A DNA stretch of 64,000 bases from Octopus vulgaris (taxonomy: Eukaryota). The position numbers and the translations under genes were made by a program. The DNA lies in the NCBI GenBank assembly GCA_951406725.2, contig OX597818.1, forward strand, positions 56,172,001-56,236,000, written 5' to 3'. Positions 52,157 through 64,000 of the stretch are shown piece by piece. Position 1 is the first letter of the stretch; the number at the start of each line of letters is the position of its first letter. The notes under the pieces were generated by a model, which had not been told where the DNA came from, ran no database searches, and saw only the letters and a list, made by a program, of their open reading frames with translations.

Positions 52157-52357
52157 CTCTTTTACTCTTTTATTTGTTTCAGTCATTTGACTGCAGCCAT
52201 GCTGGAGCACCGCCTTTAGTCGAGCAAATCGACCCCAGGACTTATTCTTTGTAAGCCCAGTACTTATTCTATCAGTCTCTTTTGCTGAACTGCTAAGTTA
52301 AGGGGATATAAACACACCAGCATCTGTTGTCAAGCGATGTTGGGGGGACAAACACAC

Positions 52358-52410
<53 letters not shown>

Positions 52411-52596
52411 TATATATATATATATACATATATACGACAGGCTTCTTTCAGTTTTCGTCTACTAAATCCACTCACAAGGCTTTGGTCAGCCTGACGCTAT
52501 AGTAGAAGACACTTGCCCAAGGTGCCACGCAGTGGAACTGAACCCGGAACCATGTGGTTGGTAAGCAAGCTACTTACCACACAGCCACTCCTGCGC
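52157..52596 (-). mobile_element. SINE family A
   Basis: Full-length homology. Confidence 0.9.
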
Positions 52597-52645
52597 ACTG
52601 ATAAAATTACGTTTGTAAAATTTTACTTTCGATTATTACTGTCAA

Positions 52646-52718
52646 GGTTCCATGGCGTAGTGGTTATCACATCTGCTTAACACACAGAAGGTCGTGAGTT
52701 CGAAACTCACTGGAACCT
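52646..52718 (+). tRNA. tRNA-Val (anticodon AAC at 52679-52681), possibly a pseudogene
   Basis: 73 nt: acceptor GGTTCCA/TGGAACC, A-box TGGCGTAGTGG, anticodon arm TCTGC-TTAACAC-ACAGA, T-arm GTGAG-TTCGAAA-CTCAC. One mismatch each in the D and anticodon stems. Confidence 0.8.
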
Positions 52719-52726
52719 ACAGGGAC

Positions 52727-52733
52727 TTTTTTT
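52727..52733 (+). terminator. Pol III oligo-T terminator
   Basis: T7 run starting 9 nt downstream of the tRNA 3' end. Confidence 0.65.
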
Positions 52734-53238
52734 AATGGCAGTGCCCCAGCATGGCCACAGCTCATGAGCTGAAACTAGATGAAATGATAGAGTTAAAGTG
52801 AAATATTAAACAGAAATCGAAGAGTGACAAGTTGGACTTGAACTACAAAAGGAATGAAGGATACTTAACTCTTCCGAAAGTTTTTTCTATACATTATCCT
52901 GTGATGCATCTGGACACACTGTCAGTGATGCATCACGGTGTCATTGTGTGTTTGGGTCTTGAAACATCAGACAACCTTACTCAGGCAACCCAGCTGGGGT
53001 TGACCAAGGAGCAGTTTGTGCCCAGTTGGCATTATTTCTAATAGCCCTACCCTTTGTAGCATAGCCTGCACCTTCTGGTTAAAAATAGTAATAAGCAAAA
53101 AACTTGAGAGCGTAATTTAGAACTATTTATTGATTTATTGATTAGCAATTGATGCAAGCCGTTTCTGATGACAAATTGTGATGTCAATGGTGACACCATT
53201 GGGATTTCCTAAACATGTTATAACCTGTTTAAAAATCA

Positions 53239-53382
53239 CATTATTTACATTTGATGGATATTTGTCCTCATCTTGTTTGTTGTTAACACAATGTTTTGGT
53301 TGATATACCCTCCAGCCTATATCAGGTGTCTTGAGGAAATTTCACACCTGGGTTCTCATTCCTAAGGTATTTTTCGATGTTG

Positions 53383-53440
<58 letters not shown>

Positions 53441-53543
53441 CATTATTATTATTCAGGTCACTGCTTGGAATCGAACTCAGAATCTTGGGGTTAGTAGCTT
53501 GCACTCTTAACGCCAAGATTCTGAGTTTGATTCCAGGCTATGA

Positions 53544-53615
<72 letters not shown>

Positions 53616-53850
53616 TGATGATGATGATGATAACAACAACAACAACAATAATAATAATGATAATAGTAACATAAAAAAATACCTCAGGAATGAGAACTCA
53701 GGTTCAAAATTTCCCAAAGACACTTAATGAAGGCTGGAGGGTGTATCAGCCGAAACATTGTGTTAACAACAAACAAGATGAGAACAAATATCTGTCAAAT
53801 GTAAATAATGTAAACAATGGAAATAATTCCTCATCTCTCAAATATAGAAT
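53239..53850. mobile_element. Second head-to-head inverted pair of the tRNA-headed Penelope-like element
   Basis: Minus copy ~53511->53239 and plus copy 53513->53850, both with (AAT)n and the ggctggagggt(a/g)tatca(g/a)cc stem-loop in a degenerate hammerhead context. Confidence 0.75.
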
Positions 53851-54142
53851 TGTATTAAAATTACTTAGTTCTGTGTAAACGACAACTATCAAAATTAATT
53901 TGGAACTCACTGAGTGATTTGAAATTGGGCAAGGAGCACAACAAGGATGCATGTTTTCTCCGTCTCTGTTTAATATCTTTGCAGAAAGTGTAATGATTAA
54001 AGCAGTAGGTTTTGAAGATACAAATACAGATGGAAGAATGGTCACTAATCTCAGAAATGCTGATGATGCTGTCCTTGTTGATGGCAGCTTAGAACAATCG
54101 AGTGTTTTTGATGAAAGAAATGAAAGATAAAATAAAATGGTT

Positions 54143-54738
54143 ACTCTTTTACTCTTTTACTTGTTTCAGTCATTTGACTGCGGCCATGCTGGAGCACCGC
54201 CTTTACTTGAGCAACTCGACCCCGGGACTTATTCTTTTGTAAGCCCAGTACTTATTCTATCGGTCTCTTTTGCCGAACCGCTAAGTAACAGGAACATAAA
54301 CACACCAGCATCGGTTGTCAAGCAATGCTAGGGGACAAACACACTCACACAAACACACACACACGCTTATATATATATATACGACGGGCTTCTTTCAGTT
54401 TCCGTCTACCAAATCCACTCACAAGGCTTTGGTTGGCCCGAGGCTATAGTAGAAGACACTTGCCTAAGGTGCCATGCAGTGGGACTGAACCCGGAACCAT
54501 GTGGTTGGTAAGCAAGCTACTTACCATAAAGCCATTCCTGCGCCTACATATATATATATATATATACACATATATACGACGGGCTTCTTTCAGTTTCCAT
54601 CTACCAAATCCACTCACAAGGCTTTGGTCGGCCCGAGGCTATAGTAGAAGACACTTGTCTAAGGTGCCACGCAGTGGGACTGAACCCGGAACCATGTGGC
54701 TGGTAAACAAGCTACTTACCACACAGCCACTCCTGCGC
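54143..54738 (-). mobile_element. SINE family A with duplicated 5' head
   Basis: Head segment occurs twice (~54380-54545 and ~54575-54738). Confidence 0.85.
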
Positions 54739-55540
54739 CACTCCTGGTTGGTCAATAATTAAGATAAAACTGACGATAATCATATCACGATTGGTAATTA
54801 AACAGTCAGTGTGGTAGGATTCTGGCTATTCTCAAAGCAATATTACAAATCAACGTGGTAAGAAATAAACAGAAAAATGAAGAATCGCAGAAGCAAATTC
54901 CGCTAAATGGCATTTGGAAAACTCCATCAATAAGTAAAGTGAGCCAAACTGAAGTTGCTGTACATTCTCACGTTTCCAATAACAACGAATGGATCTGAAA
55001 GTTAATCGCTTATAAAAGCTGATAGAATAAAGATAGTTTCCAAGTTTGCTGCCGTATCTTCTGCTCGTTTCAGTTACTGGATTTGTGGCCATGCTGGGGC
55101 ACCACCTTGCAGTGTTTTAGTATTTCCTTCTTTCATTAATGTCTGGTACTTATTTCATCGATCTCTTTTTGCCAAACCACTAAGTTACAGAAACGTAAAC
55201 AACCAGCAGGAGTTGTCAAATGGTGAGGGGGGAAAACAAACACAGACGCAAAGATGTACATATGCACATATGTACATACACAACAGGCTTCCACACAGTT
55301 TCCGTCTACCAAATCCACTTATAAGGCACATTGATCGGCCCAGATTTATAGTAGAAGACACTTTGCCTAAGATGCCAGTGGTGGAACTGAACTCAAGACA
55401 ATGTGGTTGCAAAGTGTGTTTCTTAACCACTCAGCCATGTCTGCCACTATAGAAGGAGACAAAGAATTAACTGGACAAAAAAAAAGAAGAAAAATGGGAA
55501 ACCACTTGTTCGATAGGACTGGAAGTGAATAGAATTGTAT

Positions 55541-56137
55541 GGCGGCGAGCTGGCAGAAACGTTAGCATGCTGGGCAAAATGCTTAGTGGTATTTCGTCTG
55601 CTGTTATGTTCTGAGTTCAAATTCTGCCGAGGTCGACTTTGCCTTTCATCCTTTCGGGGTTGATAAATTAAGTACCAGTTACACACTGGGGTCGATGTAA
55701 TCGACTTAATCCATTTGACTGTCCTTGTTTGTCCTGTCTGTGTTTAGCCCCTTGTGGGTAGAAAAGAAATAGGTATTTCGTCTGCCGTTACATTCTGAGT
55801 TCAAATTCTGCCGAGGTCAACTTAGCCTTTCATCCTTTCGGGACCGATTAAATAAGTACCAGTTACACACGGGGGTCAATGTAATTGACTTAATCCCTTT
55901 GTCTGTCCTTGTTTGTCCTCTGTGTTTAGCCCCTTATGGGTAGTAAAGAAATAGGTATTTCGTCTGACGTTACATTCTGAGTACAAATTCCGCCGAGGTC
56001 AACTTAGCCTTTCATCCTTTCGGGGTCGATTAAATAAATACCAGTTATGCACTGGGGTCGATGTAATCGACTTAATCCCTTTGTCTGTCCTTGTTTGTCC
56101 CTCTGTGTTTAGCCCCTTGTGGGCAATAAAGAAATAA
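55541..56137 (+). mobile_element. SINE family B followed by two tandem ~180-bp partial copies
   Basis: ggtatttcgtctg...aagaaata unit occurs three times. Confidence 0.9.
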
Positions 56138-56318
56138 GAAACTGTATGAAAGAACTGAACAAACAAAGTCTTAAATATTTTAGGGATGTGATAAGGGGCA
56201 AAACCCTACAGAATGGAAATGCCCTTGGAAATATGCCGAGAGAGAGATCTAGAAAAGAAATCTATTGAGAGTATGACAGAGATAATGAGAACGAAGATGT
56301 AACAATAAAGACAACAGA

Positions 56319-56479
56319 AGGCGCAGGAGTGGCTGTGTGGTAAGTAGTGCTAACCAACCACATGGTTCCGGGTTCAGTCCCACTGCGTGGCATCTTGGGC
56401 AAGTGTCTTCTGCTATAGCCCCGGGCCGACCAATGCCTTGTGAGTGGATTTGGTAGACGGAAACTGAAAGAAGCCTGTC

Positions 56480-56533
<54 letters not shown>

Positions 56534-56732
56534 CTGTGTTTGTCCCCCTAGCATTGATTGACAACCGATGCTGGTGTGTTTACGTCCCCGTCACTTAGCG
56601 GTTCGGCAAAAGAGACCGATAAAATAAGTACTGGGCTTACAAAGAATAAGTCCCAGGGTCGATTTGCTCGACTAAAGACGGTGCTCCAGCATGGTCATAG
56701 TCAAATGACTGAAACAAGTAAAAGAGTAAAGA
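56319..56732 (+). mobile_element. SINE family A
   Basis: Full-length, little diverged copy. Confidence 0.9.
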
Positions 56733-56902
56733 GAAGAGGGAATTGAATAGGGAAGAGTTGTCAGATGAGCCACTCACATTCAATGTATCATCAGCTATAA
56801 ATGACAACGACGATGACAATGACGACAATAATGATGATGATTCGTGAGGATAAGAGTCACTGACTCAGCTAAATGACTCACGAGCAGGATCTAAGCAATT
56901 AT

Positions 56903-57310
56903 TTACTCTCTTTTACTCTTTTACTTGTTTCAGTCATTTGACTGCGGCCATGCTGGAGCACCGCCTTTAGTCGAGCAACTCGACCCCTTGACTTATTCTT
57001 TGTAAGCCCAGTACTTATTCTATCGGTCTCTTTTGCCGAACTGCTAAGTAACGGGGACATAAACACACCAACATCGGTTGTCAAGCAATGCTAGGGGGAC
57101 AAACACAGACACACACATACACATATATACATATATATACATATATACGACGGGCTTCTTTCAGTTTCCGTCTACCAAATCCACTCACAAGGCTTTGGTC
57201 GGCCCGAGGCTATAGTAGAAGACACTTGCCCAAGGTGCCATGCAGTGGGAGTGAACCTGGAACCATGTGGTTGGTAAACAAGCTACTTACCACACAGCCA
57301 TTCCTGCGCC
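56903..57310 (-). mobile_element. SINE family A
   Basis: Full-length, little diverged copy, inverted relative to 56319-56732. Confidence 0.9.
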
Positions 57311-57769
57311 TTTGTTGAAAGTTTTGTTCAAAAGTATCCAATTTTCTGGAAGTTATGAGGTAACAAAGTCCGGGGAGCTATGCATCTGTAGTTATGTCTA
57401 TGTGTGTATGTACGTATGTAGGTATGTATGTATGTCACATCGCTTACAACAATGAAGCTCCCCTATCGAGCATTCTTATTGAGCACTCCATCCACTACCA
57501 GTTTCCATGGATTCTCCACTTTATGCATGTTCTAAGTGTCGTTGTCATTTGTAAATATAAAAAGCTAATTTGTTGTTAACAGAAGCACAATAATAATGTC
57601 GATGGATATCTCAGTTGAGCGTTGAAATATCGAGAAAACCTAGTTATAATCTGTTCTTTGACATTACTGAACTCTGTTGCCAACCGTCTATGTCGTTTGG
57701 AATCACAATACGCAATCCAGTTGCCACTGAAAGAAAACAATCTATTGCTAAAGAGGAAGGGAGAGAAAA

Positions 57770-57899
57770 AGAGAGAGAGGGAGAGAGAGAGAGAGAGAGA
57801 CAAAGACAGAGACAGAGAGCGAGACAGACAGAGAGAGAGAGAGAGATAAATAGATAGGTAGATAAATAGATAAAGAGAGATAGATAGATAGATAGACAA

Positions 57900-57961
<62 letters not shown>

Positions 57962-58065
57962 GGATGGATGGATGGATGGATAGCTAGATAGATAGATAGA
58001 TAGATAGATAGGTAGATAGATAGATAGATGGATGGATGGATGGATAGCTAGATAGATAGATAGAT

Positions 58066-58106
<41 letters not shown>

Positions 58107-58136
58107 CAGATAGATAGATAGATAGACAGACAGACG

Positions 58137-58202
<66 letters not shown>

Positions 58203-58287
58203 CAGCCAGATTGGAATTGAGGGAGAAAAATAGAGAATAGAAGGGGGAGAAGAAACAGAAAGAGACAGTGTATGTGTGTATGAGATG

Positions 58288-58357
<70 letters not shown>

Positions 58358-58375
58358 GAGATAGAGAGAGAGAGA
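57770..58375 (+). repeat. (GA)n and (GATA)n/(GGAT)n microsatellites
   Basis: Directly visible. Confidence 0.95.
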
Positions 58376-58517
58376 GAAAAGAAATAAGGAAAGGGAAGAG
58401 AGAGGGTGCACAATTAAACATGCACTCTCAAACAAGGAGATTACACAGTATTTAGTTCTGTTTAACACCAACGTCACTGGCCTTTCTTTTTTTTCCTTTC
58501 TCTGAATGCAAATGTAC

Positions 58518-59230
<713 letters not shown>

Positions 59231-59558
59231 ATTCACACCCACATAACCCACCATCACCCTCGTCCTCTCCTCCAATCGCTTTCGCATAAAGGCACTGACC
59301 ACACACACAAACAGATCTTGTGCGCACAGACTCCAGCCTAACTTATTTAGTGATGAGTCTGTTCAGCGCATCAATATATCATTCAATGTTTCCCATGTTT
59401 CTCTTCTCGTCTTATTTCTTTCTATTTCTGACGTATCTTGTTAAACAGCCATTTTAGAGTTTTATCATTCCTGCAACAATCAACAACCACCTCTCATCCA
59501 TTATTATAGTATAGCTTTTTTAAACACACACACACCCACATATATATATATATATGTA

Positions 59559-59790
59559 CGGCAGCGAGCTGGTAGAAACGTTAGCACGCCGGGCGAAATT
59601 CGTAGCCGTATTTCGTCTGTCGTTACGTTCCGAGTTCAAATTCCGCCGAGATCGACTTTGCCTTTCATCCTTTCGGGGTCGATAAATTAAGTACCAGTTA
59701 CGCACTGGGTCGATGTAGTCGACTTAAATCCCTTTGTCTGTCCTTGTTTGTCCCCTCTGTGTTTAGCCCCTTGTGGGTAGTAAAGAAATA
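59559..59790 (+). mobile_element. SINE family B, full length
   Basis: ggcagcgagctggtagaaacgttagcacgccgggcg...gtagtaaagaaata. Confidence 0.9.
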
Positions 59791-60034
59791 TATATATATA
59801 TATGTACATATATATCATCATCATCATCATCATCGTTTAACGTCCGTTTTCCATGCTAGCGTGGGTTGAACGGTTCGACCGGGGATTTGGGAAGCCAGGA
59901 GGCTGCACCAGGCCCAGTCTGATCTGGCAGTGTTTCTACAGCTGGATGCCCTTCCTAACGCCAACCTCTCCATGAGTGTAGTGGGTGCTTTTTACGTGCC
60001 ACCTTCATGGAAGCCATATGTATATATATATATT

Positions 60035-60068
<34 letters not shown>

Positions 60069-60126
60069 CATACATGCATACATATGAATGTATGTATGTG
60101 TGTGTGGGTACATATATGTGTGAGTG

Positions 60127-60172
<46 letters not shown>

Positions 60173-60250
60173 TATATATATAAATATATATTTATATTAT
60201 AAGTTTATCTATTTATCCATCTATCTATATACATATATATATTAATATAT

Positions 60251-60287
<37 letters not shown>

Positions 60288-60387
60288 TTAATCCAAACAT
60301 GAAAACACAAAGAGAAAACACAACAATGTGAGGACGTGGAACAAATATAGGATTATTGGACGCTCAGGAAGAAAGGGAAGAAGGAGG

Positions 60388-60422
60388 GTTTAACGTTTCG
60401 AGCAGAGCTCTTCGTCAGAAAC
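60388..60422 (-). ncRNA. Minimal type I hammerhead ribozyme motif in a Penelope-like fragment
   Basis: Minus strand gttt-CTGACGA-a-gagc(tct)gctc-GAAA-CG-TT-aaac. Confidence 0.65.
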
Positions 60423-60547
60423 ATAGGAGAAGGAAAGATCCAGAGAAGGGAAGACAGAGGAAAAAAATCGCCAACGGTCACTATATATATATATATATAT
60501 ATATTCCAAGTTTATCTATCTATCCATGTATATATATATAGTCATGG

Positions 60548-60900
60548 CGCACTGTCGGTTACGACGATGAGGATTCCAGTTGATCGGATCAACGGAACAG
60601 CCTGCTTGTGAAATTAACATATAAGTGGCTGAGCACTCCACAGACACGTGCACCCTTAACATAGTTCTCAGGGTGATTCAGCATGACACAGAGTGCGACA
60701 AGGCTGGTTCTTTGTGAAACAGGAAGAGTGAGAGAGAATTGTGGTGAACAAGTACAGCAGGGTTCGCCACCATCCTTGCCGGAGCCTCGTGAAGCTTTAG
60801 GTGTTTTCACTCAATAAATTCTCACAATATCTGGTCTGGGAGTCGAAACCGCGATCCTATGACCGCGAGTCTGCTGCCCTAACCACTGGGCCATTCCACC
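60548..60900 (-). mobile_element. SINE family D (tail type 2)
   Basis: Homologous to 37465-37845. Confidence 0.85.
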
Positions 60901-61155
60901 TACACACACACACACACACACATACACATGCCTTGTCATTAATTGATTGTTATTAATAGACAAGATTATGATTATATTAGATTATCTCGGTAACTATGGA
61001 AGCTATGAAAAAAATACAAAGCCCAGCATCACCACCGGATCATTCTACATATATGTATAGATTTTCGTGCAATTCCACCCAGCCATTTGACCATGAATCC
61101 CAAGACAAGAAAGAATCTCCCATGTCAAATTTATATCTATAGATTAATGTAAATG

Positions 61156-62330
61156 CGGCGAGGTGGCAGAATAGTTAGCACACCAGGCAAAATGCTTTGT
61201 GGTATTTCATTTGCCGCAATGTTCTGAGTTCAAATTCCGCCGAGGTCGACTTTACCTTTCATCCTTTCGGGGTCAATTAAATAAGTACCAGTAACTCACT
61301 GGTGTCGATATAATCGACTTAATCCGTTTGTCTGTCCTTGTTTGTCCTCTCTGTGTTTAGCACCTTGTGGGTAGTAAAGAAATAGGTATTTCATCTGCTG
61401 CAATGTTCCAGGTTCAAATTTCACCGAGGTCGACTTTGTCTTTCATCCTTTCGGGGTTGATAAATTAAGTACCAGTGAAACACTGGGGTCAATGTAATCG
61501 ACTAGACCCCCCTCCCCACCAAATTTCAGGCCTTGTACCTAGAGTAGAAAGAATTAATATATTAATATTAGCACCAAAGAGGCTGTCAGCTGGCAGAATC
61601 GTTAGCACACCAGGTGAAATACTTAGCGGCATTTTGTCTGTCGCTGCCGTGATCGACTTTGCCTTTCATCTTTTTGGAGTCAGTAAAATAAGTACCAGTA
61701 ATTGACATTTTTTATCCTCCCCCACCCCAAAATTTCTGCCCTTTTACCAAAGTAGGAAACCTGTACTAGCACGTCAGAGGAAATGCTAAGTGGACACATC
61801 TTTTGGCTTGATGCTTTGAGTTGAAATACTGCTGAGGTCGACTTTGTCTTTTCTCCTTCAGGGGTTGATGAAATAAGTAGGAATTAAGTACTGGGATCGA
61901 TATAATCGGTTTGCCCCTCCCATCAAAATTTCTAGCGTTGCAAAATTAGTAAAATATTAACACTGTAAGGTGGGGAGCTGGAAGAATCATTTGTGCGTCA
62001 ACCAAAATGTTTTGCGGCATTTCTTTTGACTCGCTATGTTCATCATCATCATCATCATCATTGTTTAACATCCATTTTCCATGCTAGCATGGGTCGGACG
62101 CTTCAACTGGGGTCTGGGAAGCCAAGAGGCTGCACCAGGCTCCAGTCTGATCTGGCAGTGTTTCTACAGTTCTGAGTTCATATTCAGCTGAGGTCGACTT
62201 TGTCTTTCATCCTTTCGGGGTGATAAATTAAATACGAGGACTAGTTGCACAGTGGGGTCGATGCAGTTGATTTACCTCTTCCCTTAATAACGGCTGGCCT
62301 TGCACCAAAATTTGAAACTAATATTAACAC
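61156..62330 (+). mobile_element. Cluster of ~5 SINE family B-type copies (one interrupted by family C)
   Basis: Repeated gaggtcgactttg..tttcatcctttc units. Confidence 0.8.
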
Positions 62331-63174
62331 CGCCCTGTTACCGAATACTTAGTCTTTGGAATCACTTGCATCACATTCCTGAGAAAAATAAAAACCACAG
62401 ACATTCCTTTTCCTGTAGACTTTTCTTTTGCCTCGTAAAGTAAAAATAGCATCTTTTTCTCTTTTAATTCATTCTATGAAGATATATTATTTTACTCTCC
62501 GTCAGCCAATCCATTAAATGGATGGCATCACTTTTTGGCAAGAATACTACAGTGTTTACATGCAGGAAAAAATATTGGCAAATTCAAAAGCAACAACTGC
62601 CAGATATAATAATTTCCTGCATGCAATAAATGTGCTTCGAATACAAAGAATCCTTCAAACTCTTCCAAGGTTTCAATGCTATCGTTTTTCCTCGTAAAAT
62701 TTTTGGTGCCTGAATCGTCGAAAATTAGCACACCTATTCAATCCAGATCGTATAGGTTCCAAGGAGGTTCCAACTATGGCCATCTCGTTTTTTTCTTTTT
62801 ATAAATACAGAGCTACATAATCCAATGTTTCCTTTATTTTTTTTAAAAGTATGGTGTGATCCGAGGGAAATTTGGCTACCATTTCTAGCTGGTTGAGTGA
62901 CCACCAACATGTTACCCCGTTGGTTTGTTATATTAAGGTAATAAACACCTCAGATAGTCAACTGCTGATTATTTCTGTTATGTCTTTCATAATTACTGGG
63001 CACAAAATAGGAGTGCTCTAGAGAATAAACATTTCAAATTGATGCAAAAGTTCACCCCTGCAGCAATTAAATTAAAAATAGGGACCTAAATCATAGCTTC
63101 AGCTTCAGATGACAATTATCAAGCAAAAAAGAGGGCATGTGTATCTAGTGGAGTCATGAGTTCATGCTCTAGAG

Positions 63175-63853
63175 CAGGGTCACCAAACTACAGCCTGCGA
63201 GGTCAGTTCATCCGGCCCGCTGCTGCACTGTATCTTTTGTGTAGGTACCTGCAATTAGAGTGCATTTGCTTCTGGTATGGTATCAGTGTTTGGAACAACT
63301 TATGTCTGTGAGCAAACATTTTCAAAAACGAAATATATTTCTTTACTGCTTATAAAGGGGCTAAACACAGAGGGGACAAACAAGAACAGACAAATGGACA
63401 AAAGTCAATTATATCGACTCCAGTGCATAACTGGTACTTAATTTATCGACCCCGAAAGGATGAAAGGCAAAGTCGACCTCGGTGGAATTTGAACTCAGAA
63501 CGTAAAGGCAGACGAAATACCTATTTCTTTACTATCCACAAGGGACTACACATGGAGGGAAAAACAAGGACAGACAAACGGATTAAGTCAATTATATCGA
63601 CCCCAGTGCATAACTAGTACTTAATTTATCGACCCCGAAAGGATGAAAGACAAAGTCGACCCCAGCGGAATTTGAACCTAGAATGTAACGGCAGACGAAA
63701 TACCGCTAAGCATTTCGCCCGGAGTGCTAAGCACATCGAACGAGATTGACTGATGAACATTTGGAAGCAATTCTCTTGGATGGATGCAGCAATTCCAAAG
63801 CAAATATTGATGATGTCTTAAAAGCTAAACACCAGTTTCACAAATCTCACTAA
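63175..63853 (+). mobile_element. hAT-Charlie/SPIN-type element with transposase C-terminal remnant, interrupted by SINE B (63337-63730); right end not identified
   Basis: ctctagag|cagggtcaccaaactac terminus; peptide MVSVFGTTYVCEQTFSKTKY...HRTRLTDEHLEAIL...HQFHKSH*. Confidence 0.85.
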
Positions 63854-64000
63854 CCTTTTTTGCTACTTAAGCTTGTGAGATTCGGATTATGTGCGCACTT
63901 GATGTGATATAACTATCTCATTGCTAACATCACCTTCTTTGATAACTTTTTTGGTAAATAGATATGTCGGTTGTCTTTATTGTGTATTCACTGTATTGTA

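Larger units (their letters stand above)
49740..54110 (+). pseudogene. Fragmented RTE-clade LINE (endonuclease ~49750-50280, middle ~51100-51860, RT ~53870-54110)
   Basis: LGFSETKQTGNG, FYAP..EDEVGRFYDALQEID (APE endonuclease); GQGAQQGCMFSPSLFNIFAE...VTNLRNADD (RT). Interrupted by SINEs and other sequence; that the pieces belong to one element is inferred. Confidence 0.75.

Noticed and set aside
20505-57318. Recurring peptide RRASFSFRLPNPLTRLWSARGYSRRHLPK in many ORFs
   Set aside because: Antisense reading of the non-coding SINE A head, not a gene family.

Overview
AT-rich, repeat-saturated eukaryotic genomic DNA. The SINE, microsatellite and transposon content looks like a coleoid cephalopod (Octopus-like) genome, which is an inference from repeat style. 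I can name no intact protein-coding gene, and almost all ORFs in the supplied track come from microsatellites or SINE bodies. Supported content: several tRNA-derived SINE families in many copies; decayed Ty3/Gypsy pol, RTE and CR1-type LINE fragments; mariner, pogo/Tigger, hAT (Blackjack-like and Charlie-like), piggyBac-like, Helitron-like and Merlin-like elements; one tRNA-Val-like gene (52646-52718); and large microsatellite/minisatellite tracts. Most notable: (1) a ~10 kb inversion with a 617-bp inverted breakpoint duplication that splits a hAT MITE and flips its 8-bp TSD; (2) a tRNA-headed, hammerhead-ribozyme-like Penelope-type short element inserted as head-to-head inverted pairs at two loci; (3) remnants of an unidentified minus-strand multi-exon gene, one exon split by a LINE and another duplicated; (4) a tRNA-Val with a TAC-type body but an AAC anticodon. 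Repeat boundaries are read by eye and are approximate to about 10-20 bp unless a TIR or TSD is quoted.
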